In this document: piece after piece, positions 52,021 through 60,520 of the stretch
How positions within the stretch are numbered: the stretch's first letter is position 1
How the letters are laid out: each line of letters starts with the position of its first letter
Source: Vicinamibacterales bacterium
GTDB taxonomy: Bacteria > Acidobacteriota > Vicinamibacteria > Vicinamibacterales > UBA8438
Assembly (NCBI GenBank): GCA_963665465.1
Contig: OY762226.1
Location: 5,713,612 to 5,777,611, forward strand
Direction: 5' to 3'
DNA length: 64,000 nt
The notes under the pieces: generated by a model
Told to the model about the DNA's origin: nothing
What the model saw: the letters and a program-made list of their open reading frames with translations, nothing else
The model's database searches: none
Translations under genes and position numbers: made by a program

Positions 52021-53274
52021 ATGCTGAACGGAGCTGTGTCAGGACGGACGTTCCCGGTTGCCGCGGCCGCCGTCCTCGTGGTGGCGCTCAACGTGCCGGG
52101 TGCGGGGCAGGAGGTCGAGCAGCGGCGCGACTGCCTGGACTGCGAGGCGTCGGGCACGCTGCCCGCCGGGCCGCAGGTCTTCCATACGCAGGAGCAGAGC
52201 TTCCGGGTCGTGCCGATGACGGGCCTGGTGCGCCCGTGGGCCATGGCCTTCCTGCCGAACGGCGACCTGCTGATCACGGAGCACGACGGCCGGCTCCGCA
52301 TCGTGCGCGACGGCGTGCTCGACCCCGAGCCCCTGGCCGGCATCCCGGAGGTGTTCACGCCCCGCCGCAAGGGGCTGATGGACGTCGCGCTGCATCCCCG
52401 CTTCCTCGACAACCAGTTCGTCTACTTCACCTACCACAAGGCGAGTCCGAAGCACCGGCTCGCTGCCACGACCGTGCTCGCCCGCGGCAAGTTCGAGGGG
52501 CGGGGCGCACTCGTGGAGGTGCGCGACCTGTTCGTGGCAGACGCCGACTACATGGGCGCGGCCCAGACCTCGCGCATCATCTTCGGCCCGGACGACAAGC
52601 TCTACATGGTGGTCGGCCAGCCGGCGCGCTACGAGGTCGGCTCGTCCGACTACGCGCAGGACCCGTCCAACCACGCCGGCAAGATGCTGCGCCTGAACGA
52701 CGACGGGACGGTCCCCGACGACAACCCGTTCGTCGACACGCCGGGCTACCGGCCGGAGATCTACGCCCTCGGCATTCGCAATTCGAACGGCCTGGCATGG
52801 CACCCGGAGACCGGCGAGCTGTGGGAGACGGAGAACGGCCCGCAGGGCGGCGACGAGGTGAACATCATCCGCGCCGGCGCCAACTACGGCTGGCCGGTGG
52901 TCTCGTACGGCCGGGCGTACTCGGGCGACCTGACCGGCACGCATTCCGGGCCGCAGCGAACCGCCCGCCAGATGGAAGGCGTCCAAGACCCGGTCTTCTT
53001 CTGGAGCCCGTCGATCTCGCCGGCCGGACTGATGTTCTACACCGGCGACCGCTTCCCGAACTGGCAGGGCGACCTGTTCGTCGGCGCGCTGCGGGGCGCC
53101 GAGCTGCAACGCCTGATCTTCAACGACCGCGGCCTGCTGGTGCGCCAGCAGGCGCTGTTGCGCGAGCTCGGGCAGCGCATCCGGGAGGTCCGGCAGGGGC
53201 CGGACGGCCTGATCTACGTGCTGACCGACGAGCAGGACGGGGCACTGCTGCGCCTCGAGCCGGTGGAGCCGTAG
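52021..53274 (+). CDS. PQQ-dependent sugar dehydrogenase (soluble aldose/sorbosone dehydrogenase family), copy 1
   Basis: GLVRPWAMAFLPNGDLLITEHDGRLRIV...GLMDVALHPRF...HAGKMLRLNDDGTVPDDNPF...YALGIRNSNGLAWHPETGELWETENGPQGGDEVNIIRAGANYGWP. ATG 52015 directly abuts GGAG, so ATG 52021 is preferred. Confidence 0.85.
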   Translation: MLNGAVSGRTFPVAAAAVLVVALNVPGAGQEVEQRRDCLDCEASGTLPAGPQVFHTQEQSFRVVPMTGLVRPWAMAFLPNGDLLITEHDGRLRIVRDGVLDPEPLAGIPEVFTPRRKGLMDVALHPRFLDNQFVYFTYHKASPKHRLAATTVLARGKFEGRGALVEVRDLFVADADYMGAAQTSRIIFGPDDKLYMVVGQPARYEVGSSDYAQDPSNHAGKMLRLNDDGTVPDDNPFVDTPGYRPEIYALGIRNSNGLAWHPETGELWETENGPQGGDEVNIIRAGANYGWPVVSYGRAYSGDLTGTHSGPQRTARQMEGVQDPVFFWSPSISPAGLMFYTGDRFPNWQGDLFVGALRGAELQRLIFNDRGLLVRQQALLRELGQRIREVRQGPDGLIYVLTDEQDGALLRLEPVEP

Positions 53275-53361
53275 CCCCCGCCAATCGTCGCCTGACGGCT
53301 CCGCTCGGCGCCCAACCAACCCTGCAGGAGTCCGCGCCGTTCCACGGCGCAGGCTCCTGGT

Positions 53362-55581
53362 CTATCTGGCCGCGGCCGTGGCCGTGTTGCCCAACGCGTC
53401 GGCGGCGCGGATGGCGAGCCGGTCGAGTTCATCGCGGTCGACGTTCAGCCGGAAGCGCTCGACCCGGGAGTCGGCGATCCCGTCGAGGGGGTACAGCACC
53501 TCCCAGCGCGCGGTGTCGAGCGAGTACTCGACCCGGCGCACCGGGGAGTGCCCGTCGCTGACGACGAACGAGACGGCGAACCCGCCGGCCTCCGGCCGCC
53601 CCGCAGCGACGTCGATGCGCGGCGGCGCGTTGTCCACCTCGAACGGCTTGCTCTCGACGACGCCCTCGAGGCCCGCGCCCGGCGCATTGGCATCCGCGTC
53701 GGAGGCGACGAGGCGGACGACGTAGGTGCCGTCGGGGGCGGACGTCGTATCCCAGGTATAGATCGAGCTCTCGATTCCGGTCCGCAACGCACGCCACGTC
53801 GTGTCCGCTTCGGTGCGGACCAGGAGATCGAAGCGCAGCGGATCGTTGTTCGGGTCGCGCGCCGCCCAGACGAATGTGCGCAGCCCCCGGCGGTGGACGC
53901 GGCGTCCCAGCGTTGTCTGCTGGGTGTCGCCCTGCGCAGCGCCCCCGCCGTTCCCGGAACCCGCCTCGGGAGGGTCGTCGAGACCCGCAATGGGCGGATC
54001 GCCGCTCGCGAACGGCCGCTGGAAGGCCACGCCCGGGTCGTGCACGGTCAGTGTCGTGATCTCCGGGCGCAGGTTCTGGGGCAGGTAGGCGGCCGTGACC
54101 GAGAGCAGCGTGGGGGTGTCGGCGCCGCCGCGCAGCTCGGCCTTCCATTGCAGGTAGCGCGCCCTGGGGCTGGTGATGGGGGTGCCGTCCGCGTCGCGAT
54201 ATGCCGCCGACCAGCGGCTCCAGGCGTCGTTGGGCGTGGACGTGTTGCCCGACCGGGTGAACAACCGCAGCGAGCTGTCGCCGGGCGTCAGCGCGTGCCA
54301 GCGCAGCGTCCCCCAGGTGGCGACCGTCCGGGCATCCCGCACGTCCGACACGTACTCGCCCTCGCCGGCCCGGCCGGGAAGCAGTCGATAGACCTTGCCC
54401 GGGTTGGCCGTGGCATAGTAGCTGGCGCCGCCGGCCGCGGCCGCGAAGCTGGTGACCTGGCGCGCGGGAGCCCGTGCGAGCAGCCGGACACGCGGCGGAT
54501 CCTCGGCGACGTGGTAGATCCTGCCGTTCGGGCCGGTGCCGATCAGGAGGTCGCCGCGCGCGTCGATCGAGACGTCGTACGGCGTGTCCTGCGAGGACTC
54601 CCACACCGTGTCCCACGCGCCGTCGGCGCGAATGCGGTAGACGGCGCCCCGCCCCGGCGATGCCGTCCCGGCCGTCCGGGCCGGGCGGGCGGGTGCCGCC
54701 GAAGCCTGTCCGGCATCGGCGACCACGACCGCGGTGACCGTGGTAGACGTGGTCACGCGCGGGACCGCGGGGGCGCTCGAGGGCGGCGGGGCAGACGGGG
54801 CGCTGCGCGGCGCCGACTCGCCGACGGCGACGGCATAGAGCGTGCCGTCACCCGCGACGCGGAGTGCCCGAATCTCCGCGTAGGGCGAGTCGAGGACGAC
54901 GAAGGCGCGCCCGTCGCCGCCGATCCGCAACACCTGTCCCGGCGTGCCGGTGCCGGCCAGCAGGTTGCCCTCGGCGTCTTGGGCCAGGGCGAGAACGTGC
55001 GACGCATCCGCCTCGTGGAACAGGCTTGCCTCGCCGTCCGGGGGCAGGCGGTAGATGCGGCCCTCGTCGCCGGTGGCCACGAAGCGGTTGCCTGCCGCGT
55101 CGGCCGCGATCGCCCAGATGTACCGCTCGTCGGGGTCGAAGATCTGCTCGGAGCCGCCGTTGCCGACCCGGAACAGCGCGCCGTCGGGAGAGGTGCCGAC
55201 CAGCGCCTCGTCCGCGCCGTGGGCGTGGACGGCATGGATGTTCTGCTGCGCGGCCTCGAAGACCGTCGCGGCCCGGCCGTCCGGCGCCAGACGAAACACC
55301 CTGCCATCCCCGCCGCTGCCGATCCACAGCGCGCCGCCCGCCGGCGCGAGCGACCACAGGAACGGGGCGGTCGCCTCGTGGAGCAGCTCCGCGGCGGGGG
55401 CCAGCATCACCCGCCCGTCCGTATCGATCGACACCCCGTCGGCCTCGCCGGCGAGAAACTCCGCCTGCGTCGAGACGCGCCAGAAGACGGGCGACGAGGC
55501 GTGCAGCACGACGAACGGCAGGCAGGCCGCGGCCGCGACTGCGGCGCGGCGAAGGCCGGTGCGCCAGCGCGAGCGCGTCAT
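53362..55581 (-). CDS. Secreted beta-propeller-like repeat protein with C-terminal Ig-like domains (hypothetical)
   Basis: ATG 55581 overlaps the upstream stop (ATGA). Signal MTRSRWRTGLRRAAVAAAACLPFVVL. Repeated xDGxxF/YRxxxDG blades, and C-terminal beta-sandwich-like segments (YTWDTTSAPDGTYVVRLVASD). Confidence 0.7.
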   Translation of the reverse strand: MTRSRWRTGLRRAAVAAAACLPFVVLHASSPVFWRVSTQAEFLAGEADGVSIDTDGRVMLAPAAELLHEATAPFLWSLAPAGGALWIGSGGDGRVFRLAPDGRAATVFEAAQQNIHAVHAHGADEALVGTSPDGALFRVGNGGSEQIFDPDERYIWAIAADAAGNRFVATGDEGRIYRLPPDGEASLFHEADASHVLALAQDAEGNLLAGTGTPGQVLRIGGDGRAFVVLDSPYAEIRALRVAGDGTLYAVAVGESAPRSAPSAPPPSSAPAVPRVTTSTTVTAVVVADAGQASAAPARPARTAGTASPGRGAVYRIRADGAWDTVWESSQDTPYDVSIDARGDLLIGTGPNGRIYHVAEDPPRVRLLARAPARQVTSFAAAAGGASYYATANPGKVYRLLPGRAGEGEYVSDVRDARTVATWGTLRWHALTPGDSSLRLFTRSGNTSTPNDAWSRWSAAYRDADGTPITSPRARYLQWKAELRGGADTPTLLSVTAAYLPQNLRPEITTLTVHDPGVAFQRPFASGDPPIAGLDDPPEAGSGNGGGAAQGDTQQTTLGRRVHRRGLRTFVWAARDPNNDPLRFDLLVRTEADTTWRALRTGIESSIYTWDTTSAPDGTYVVRLVASDADANAPGAGLEGVVESKPFEVDNAPPRIDVAAGRPEAGGFAVSFVVSDGHSPVRRVEYSLDTARWEVLYPLDGIADSRVERFRLNVDRDELDRLAIRAADALGNTATAAAR

Positions 55582-57410
55582 CCTGCCTCGATGTCCACCG
55601 TGAGCGTCCGGGAGCCGGACACCGCGTGGTCGGTGCGGATCTCCCACTCGCCGAGCGTGGCCTGGGAAAGCGGCCGGAGTCCGCTGCCGCTCCGGTCGCC
55701 CTCGAGCACCGCCAGCACCGACTGCGGCAGCGCGGGCATCGGCGCACCCCGGACGACCGCGCCCGGCCGCGAGCTGAGCAGCTTGACGTAGAGGCGGTTG
55801 TTGCGCCGGGTGGCGTTGAGGGTGCGGATGATCTGCTCGACGGTGCCGGAAGTCCGCGCCGAGCGCGTCTCGCGGAGCTCGCGGGCGTTCAGCTGCAACG
55901 CATCCGACACCAGCAGCTGCATCCGCCCTGCCGCGTGGCGAGGAATGTCGACCGTGACGGTCTCGATCAGCTCGGCCCCGCCGTAGCCGCGCGCGAGGAC
56001 ATGGAGCCGCACGGCATCGCCCGGGCGGACGCGCGGCGCGTCGAGCCAGACGCGCTCGATGGTCGCCGTGCGCGGCGTCTCCGCCGACGTGATGTCGATG
56101 TCGATCCCGTCGACCTCGAGGGGTGCGATGCGGTTGTTCAGCAGCGTGGTCAACGGATTGGCAATCGCCCCCGCCGCGCCGAACAGGGCCGTGTCGCCGC
56201 TGTAGATGTCCTCGAACGCGACGTCCGTGTGGCCGCGGACGCGGGTCGTGCTGCTGAGCGCGTAGGTCGATGCCCCGCGCTCGCGGGTCCACGACAGCAA
56301 CGTGCTGAGCACGCCGGTGTAGGTCAGCAACGGTGTGAAGAGCCGGTCCTCGACGACCTCGAACGCGAACTCGCGCGTCAGGCTGCGGGCCGGCTCGTGC
56401 AGCGTGACGCGGACGGGAACCATCGCGGGCCCCGGTCCCAGCGCGCCGAAGATGCCGGTCGAGCGGTCCTGATCCAGGGTCCCGACGACCTCCCCGATGG
56501 CGGCGATCTTCGACGACAGGGCGAGGCTCGGCAACAGCGTCGTCACGGTGGCGCGGGTCATCGGGAAGCGGATCGGCCCGAGGTTGTAGAACGGGTGCCC
56601 GAAGGCGTAGACGCGGCCGTCGTCGACCAGCGTCACCGTGCCGGTGCCCGCCAGCGTCAGGTCGCCCTGCACGAGCGTCGCCCCGATCGGATCGCCCGGC
56701 TGCAGGGGCGCGGCGGCCGGCGGGCGCGGGGTCTGGCCGGCGCCGACGGCGGTCACGAAGCCGCTGCCCCGGAACGCAGCGGTCCACAGCTCGCGGACGC
56801 GCGGATCGAATCCGTTGAGCACCACCGGTGTGGCGATGGGCTGCAGCATGGTGCCCAGCCGCCGGCCTGCCGCTGGCGGCAGGCCGAGCGCGCGCACGTG
56901 ATCGGGTTGCCGGGCGAACGGCCGCGCGCCGTCGAACGCCGCGCCGATCACCGCCTGCACGTCGGCCGGCGTCGCCGGAAACGCCGGCGGCAACGTCGCC
57001 GGCCGCACGACCTCGCTGCGGTTGGCGTCCGACGCCGCCATCTCGCCGATCGGGGTGATGCCGGCGATCGGTTCTCTGGGGAAGGAGCCGAGCGCATAGG
57101 AGACCGCCCCGATCAGCCTGTCGTCGACGTAGACCGGGCTGCCGCTCATGCCCTGGATGACCCCCGTCTCGGCCAGCGGTCCACCGGACAGCCGGGCCAC
57201 GATGACGTTGCGGCGCGGGCCCATGACGTTGCGCAGGACGCCGAGGACCTCGGCCCCGAATTCTTCCCGCCGGCTGCCCTCGAACACGGTGAGGCCGACT
57301 CCGCGCATGCCCGGCCGCACCTCCTCGAGAGGCATGCGCGCCGTCGTTGCCGGCAGTGCCGCGGTGCACAGGCCGGCTGCCAGGCACAGGACGGGGATGA
57401 TGAGTCTCAT
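55578..57410 (-). CDS. SpoIVB-type peptidase S55 domain protein, secreted
   Basis: Signal MRLIIPVLCLAAGLCTAA. GVGLTVFEG...GVLRNVMGPRRNVIVARL...TGVIQGMSGSPVYVDDRLIGAVSYA is the S55 serine-protease core. Confidence 0.75.
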   Translation of the reverse strand: MRLIIPVLCLAAGLCTAALPATTARMPLEEVRPGMRGVGLTVFEGSRREEFGAEVLGVLRNVMGPRRNVIVARLSGGPLAETGVIQGMSGSPVYVDDRLIGAVSYALGSFPREPIAGITPIGEMAASDANRSEVVRPATLPPAFPATPADVQAVIGAAFDGARPFARQPDHVRALGLPPAAGRRLGTMLQPIATPVVLNGFDPRVRELWTAAFRGSGFVTAVGAGQTPRPPAAAPLQPGDPIGATLVQGDLTLAGTGTVTLVDDGRVYAFGHPFYNLGPIRFPMTRATVTTLLPSLALSSKIAAIGEVVGTLDQDRSTGIFGALGPGPAMVPVRVTLHEPARSLTREFAFEVVEDRLFTPLLTYTGVLSTLLSWTRERGASTYALSSTTRVRGHTDVAFEDIYSGDTALFGAAGAIANPLTTLLNNRIAPLEVDGIDIDITSAETPRTATIERVWLDAPRVRPGDAVRLHVLARGYGGAELIETVTVDIPRHAAGRMQLLVSDALQLNARELRETRSARTSGTVEQIIRTLNATRRNNRLYVKLLSSRPGAVVRGAPMPALPQSVLAVLEGDRSGSGLRPLSQATLGEWEIRTDHAVSGSRTLTVDIEAG

Positions 57411-57541
57411 GGGGCGGGGCGCCAGATCGGCCACGTAGTCGATGTGTATAGCGGACCGCAGGCGGCAGGTCAAGGACGTTCGGGGTGCCGGGCAAACCGC
57501 GCTATGCTGTAGCGGAACCTTCCCATGGTCAGGAGATGCCG

Positions 57542-58840
57542 ATGCTGAACCGAGCGAACCGCAGCGGACCGCTGGCCGTTGCCGCCGCCGTCGCAGTGCT
57601 GCTGGGCGGGCCGGCCGCGGCCCAGGACTTCGAGCCGGCGATCGACGACGCGGAGCGGCAGACTGACTGTCAGGGCTGCGAGCCGTCGGTCGCCCTGTCC
57701 GACGAGCCGCGGGTCTTCCGCACGCAGGAACAGACCTTCCGGGTGGTGCCGACGACGGGCCTCGTGCGCCCGTGGGCGCTCACGTTCCTGCCGAACGGCG
57801 ATCTGCTGGTCACGGAGCACGGCGGCCGCCTGCGCATCGTGCGCGACGGCGTGCTGGATCCCGAGCCGCTGGCCGGCATCCCGGAGGTGTTCACCAGGCG
57901 CCGCAAGGGATTGATGGACATCGCGCTGCACCCCCGCTTCGCGGAGAACCAGTTCGTCTACTTCACCTACCACCAGCAGAGCTCGGAGCACCGCATGGCG
58001 GGGACGCCGGTGCTCGCCCGCGGCAAGTTCGAGGGGCGGGGCGCGCTCGTGGAGGTGCGCGACCTGTTCGTGGCGGACGCTCCGTACATGGGAGGCGCCC
58101 AGACGGCTCGTATCGCGTTCGGGCCCGACGGCAAGGTGTACATGGTCATCGGCGTCCCCACCCGCAACCCGGTGGGCCAGGCCGAGAGCGCGCAGGACCC
58201 CGCCGACCACGCCGGCAAGGTGCTGCGGCTGAACGACGACGGGACCGTTCCCGAGGACAACCCGTTCGTCGACACGCCGGGCTACCGGCCGGAGATCTAC
58301 GCCCTCGGCATCCGGAACGCGAACGGGTTCGCGTTCCACCCGGAGACCGGCGAGCTGTGGGAGACGGAGAACGGCCCGCAGGGCGGCGACGAGGTGAACA
58401 TCATCCGCGCCGGCGCCAACTACGGCTGGCCGGTGGTCTCGTACGGCCGGGCGTACTCGGGCGACCTGACCGGCACGTACTCCGGGCCGCAACAGACCGC
58501 CCGGCAGGCGGAAGGCATCGACGACCCGATCTTCTTCTGGAACCCGTCGATCTCGCCGGCGGGCATGCTGTTCTATACGGGCGATCGCTTTCCGAACTGG
58601 CAGGGCGACCTCTTCGTCGGCGCGCTGCGCGGGCGGGAGGTGCAGCGCCTGATCTTCAACGACCGCGGCCTGCTGGTGCGCCAGCAGTCGCTGCTGCGCG
58701 AGCTCAGGCAGCGCATCCGCGAGGTCAGGCAGGGGCCGGACGGCCTGATCTATGTGCTGACCGACGAGGAGGACGGGGCGCTGCTGCGCCTCGAGCCGGT
58801 AGACGCGGAGGCCGCGCCGGCCGGCCGGCCGCGGAATTGA
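57542..58840 (+). CDS. PQQ-dependent sugar dehydrogenase, copy 2
   Basis: It is a paralog of 52021-53274, including a conserved 5' region. Identical tracts are 58256-58311 and 58337-58477. ATG 57536 abuts AGGAG, so ATG 57542 is preferred. Confidence 0.85.
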   Translation: MLNRANRSGPLAVAAAVAVLLGGPAAAQDFEPAIDDAERQTDCQGCEPSVALSDEPRVFRTQEQTFRVVPTTGLVRPWALTFLPNGDLLVTEHGGRLRIVRDGVLDPEPLAGIPEVFTRRRKGLMDIALHPRFAENQFVYFTYHQQSSEHRMAGTPVLARGKFEGRGALVEVRDLFVADAPYMGGAQTARIAFGPDGKVYMVIGVPTRNPVGQAESAQDPADHAGKVLRLNDDGTVPEDNPFVDTPGYRPEIYALGIRNANGFAFHPETGELWETENGPQGGDEVNIIRAGANYGWPVVSYGRAYSGDLTGTYSGPQQTARQAEGIDDPIFFWNPSISPAGMLFYTGDRFPNWQGDLFVGALRGREVQRLIFNDRGLLVRQQSLLRELRQRIREVRQGPDGLIYVLTDEEDGALLRLEPVDAEAAPAGRPRN

Positions 58841-58876
58841 CAGCCCGTTGGGCCGTCTGCTACGGTCTACGTTCAC

Positions 58877-58987
58877 ATGACCCGCAGTGGAACCCGGCGC
58901 GGCACCCCTTGCGGCTACGCCGCAGCCAGTCGCGGCTGGTGGTGGCGCTACGTGTTCAGCGCGCCCGCTGGAGGGGCTGACATGTAG
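58877..58987 (+). CDS. Putative trp operon leader peptide (36 codons, WWW)
   Basis: ATG 58877 ... TGG TGG TGG (58937-58945) ... TAG 58985-58987, reading MTRSGTRRGTPCGYAAASRGWWWRYVFSAPAGGADM. It lies just upstream of a terminator and the aroDE-trpEGDC genes. There is no clear SD, and it falls below the ORF-track length cut-off. Confidence 0.55.
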   Translation: MTRSGTRRGTPCGYAAASRGWWWRYVFSAPAGGADM

Positions 58988-59023
58988 GCCGGCAGGTCGA
59001 CATTCAGGACGAAACGGATTTCG

Positions 59024-59060
59024 AGCCTCTTCAGCCGCAACGGTTGAAGGGGCTTTTTTT
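59024..59060 (+). terminator. Intrinsic terminator / attenuator hairpin with T7 tail
   Basis: 59024-59037 (AGCCTCTTCAGCCG) pairs with 59041-59054 (CGGTTGAAGGGGCT), giving 14 bp including two G-U pairs and a CAA loop. A run of seven T follows, ending at 59060, 17 nt before the aroDE start. Confidence 0.75.
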
Positions 59061-59077
59061 GTTGGAGCGACGAGCGA

Positions 59078-60520
59078 GTGCGAGCCAGGCTGTGCGCGAC
59101 GGTAACGGGCCGGACGATGGCGGAGCTGCGGGCACGCCGCGACGCTGCGGACGGCGCGGATCTGGTCGAGCTGCGACTCGACCAGGTCTGCGAACCGGAT
59201 GTCGCCGCCGCGCTCGCGGGCCGGCGCACGCCCGTGGTGGTGACCTGCCGGCCCGCCTGGGAGGGAGGCGGCTTCGGCGGCTCCGAAGAGGAGCGCCGCG
59301 GACTCCTCGAGCGGGCACTGGAGCTCGGCGCCGACTACGTCGATCTGGAATGGCGGGCCGGACTGGACGACCTGATCCGGGCCAGACGCGGGCGCAACAT
59401 CGTGCTGTCGACGCATGACTTCGAGCGGATGCCCGGCGACCTCGTGGACCGCTACCGGGCCATGCGGGCCACCGGCGCCGAGGTCGTGAAGATCGCCGGC
59501 CGGGCCCGCAACCTGACCGAGACCCTGGCCCTGCCGGAGATCGGCGCCGGCGACCCGGGCCGGGTGCTCGTCGCCATGGGACCGGCCGGCACGGTGTCCC
59601 GCGTGCTGCCCGACCGCTTCGGATCGTCCTGGACCTACGCGGGCGACGGCGTCGCCCCGGGTCAGATCGGCCTGCGCCGCATGCTCGACGAGTTCCGGGT
59701 CCGCTCGGTCACCGACTCGACGCTGCTGTACGGTGTCCTCGGTGCGCCGGTAGGGCACTCGCTGTCGCCCGCGATGCACAACGCCGCCTTCGCCGCCGCC
59801 GGGCAGGATGCGGTCTACCTGCCCCTGGAAGCGGCCGGCGCGGACGACTTCTGGACGTTCGCGCAGGCGATGGAGCTGCGCGGCGCGAGCGTGACGGCGC
59901 CCTTCAAGGAGGCCGTTCTGCCGGGGCTGGCCGCGACGGACGCGCTGGTTGGCCGGGTCGGCGCGGCCAACACCCTGCGAGCCGGCGAGCACGGTTGGGA
60001 GGGCATCAACACGGACGTGCCCGGGTTCCTCGAGCCGCTGACAGGCCGCATGGGGCTGCAGGGCAGCCGCGCGACCGTGCTCGGCGCCGGCGGCGCCGCA
60101 CGCGGCGTGGCGGTGGCGCTCGACAGCGCCGGGGCGCAGGTCACCGTGCGCGCACGCAATGCCGAGCGCGCCGCGGGCGTGGCGCGGCTGGTCGGCGGCA
60201 TTGCCGGCGGGCTGCCGCCGCCGGCCGGCTCCTGGGACCTGCTCGTCAACACGACGCCGGTGGGCACCGCCCCGGGCGTCGGCGACAGCCCGCTGCCCGG
60301 GGGGGCGTTCGACGGCCGGCTGGTGTACGACCTGGTCTACAACCCGGCAACGACCCGCTTGCTGGCGGAGGCGTCGGCCGCCGGCTGCGGCATCCTCGGC
60401 GGGCTGCCGATGCTGGTGGCGCAGGCCGTCAGGCAGTTCGAATGGTGGACGGACACGGCCGTCCCGCGCGAGGTATTCGCCGCGGCAGCGCGGCGGCGGC
60501 TGGCCGCGGCGGGAGACTGA
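59078..60520 (+). CDS. aroDE: Bifunctional 3-dehydroquinate dehydratase (type I) / shikimate 5-dehydrogenase
   Basis: The N-terminal half reads LCATVTG...DLVELRLD...VVVTCRP...YVDLEW...VVKIAG (AroD type I with active-site Lys). The C-terminal half reads LYGVLGAPVGHSLSPAMHNAAF...VTAPFK...NTD...GAGGAARGV (AroE). Confidence 0.85.
   Translation: MRARLCATVTGRTMAELRARRDAADGADLVELRLDQVCEPDVAAALAGRRTPVVVTCRPAWEGGGFGGSEEERRGLLERALELGADYVDLEWRAGLDDLIRARRGRNIVLSTHDFERMPGDLVDRYRAMRATGAEVVKIAGRARNLTETLALPEIGAGDPGRVLVAMGPAGTVSRVLPDRFGSSWTYAGDGVAPGQIGLRRMLDEFRVRSVTDSTLLYGVLGAPVGHSLSPAMHNAAFAAAGQDAVYLPLEAAGADDFWTFAQAMELRGASVTAPFKEAVLPGLAATDALVGRVGAANTLRAGEHGWEGINTDVPGFLEPLTGRMGLQGSRATVLGAGGAARGVAVALDSAGAQVTVRARNAERAAGVARLVGGIAGGLPPPAGSWDLLVNTTPVGTAPGVGDSPLPGGAFDGRLVYDLVYNPATTRLLAEASAAGCGILGGLPMLVAQAVRQFEWWTDTAVPREVFAAAARRRLAAAGD

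Noticed and set aside
53362-57495. Single 1377-aa minus-strand ORF.
   Set aside because: The N-terminal ~640 codons are a shadow frame of the S55 peptidase gene, which is in another frame (55578-57410) and has clear protease motifs. The real downstream gene starts at ATG 55581 with a signal peptide and an ATGA overlap.
58887-59105. 72-aa track ORF (MEPGAAPLAATPQ...) covering the aroDE upstream region.
   Set aside because: It reads straight through the intrinsic terminator and into aroDE out of frame and has no motifs. The alternative frame gives the compact WWW leader ORF that ends before the terminator, which explains the region better.
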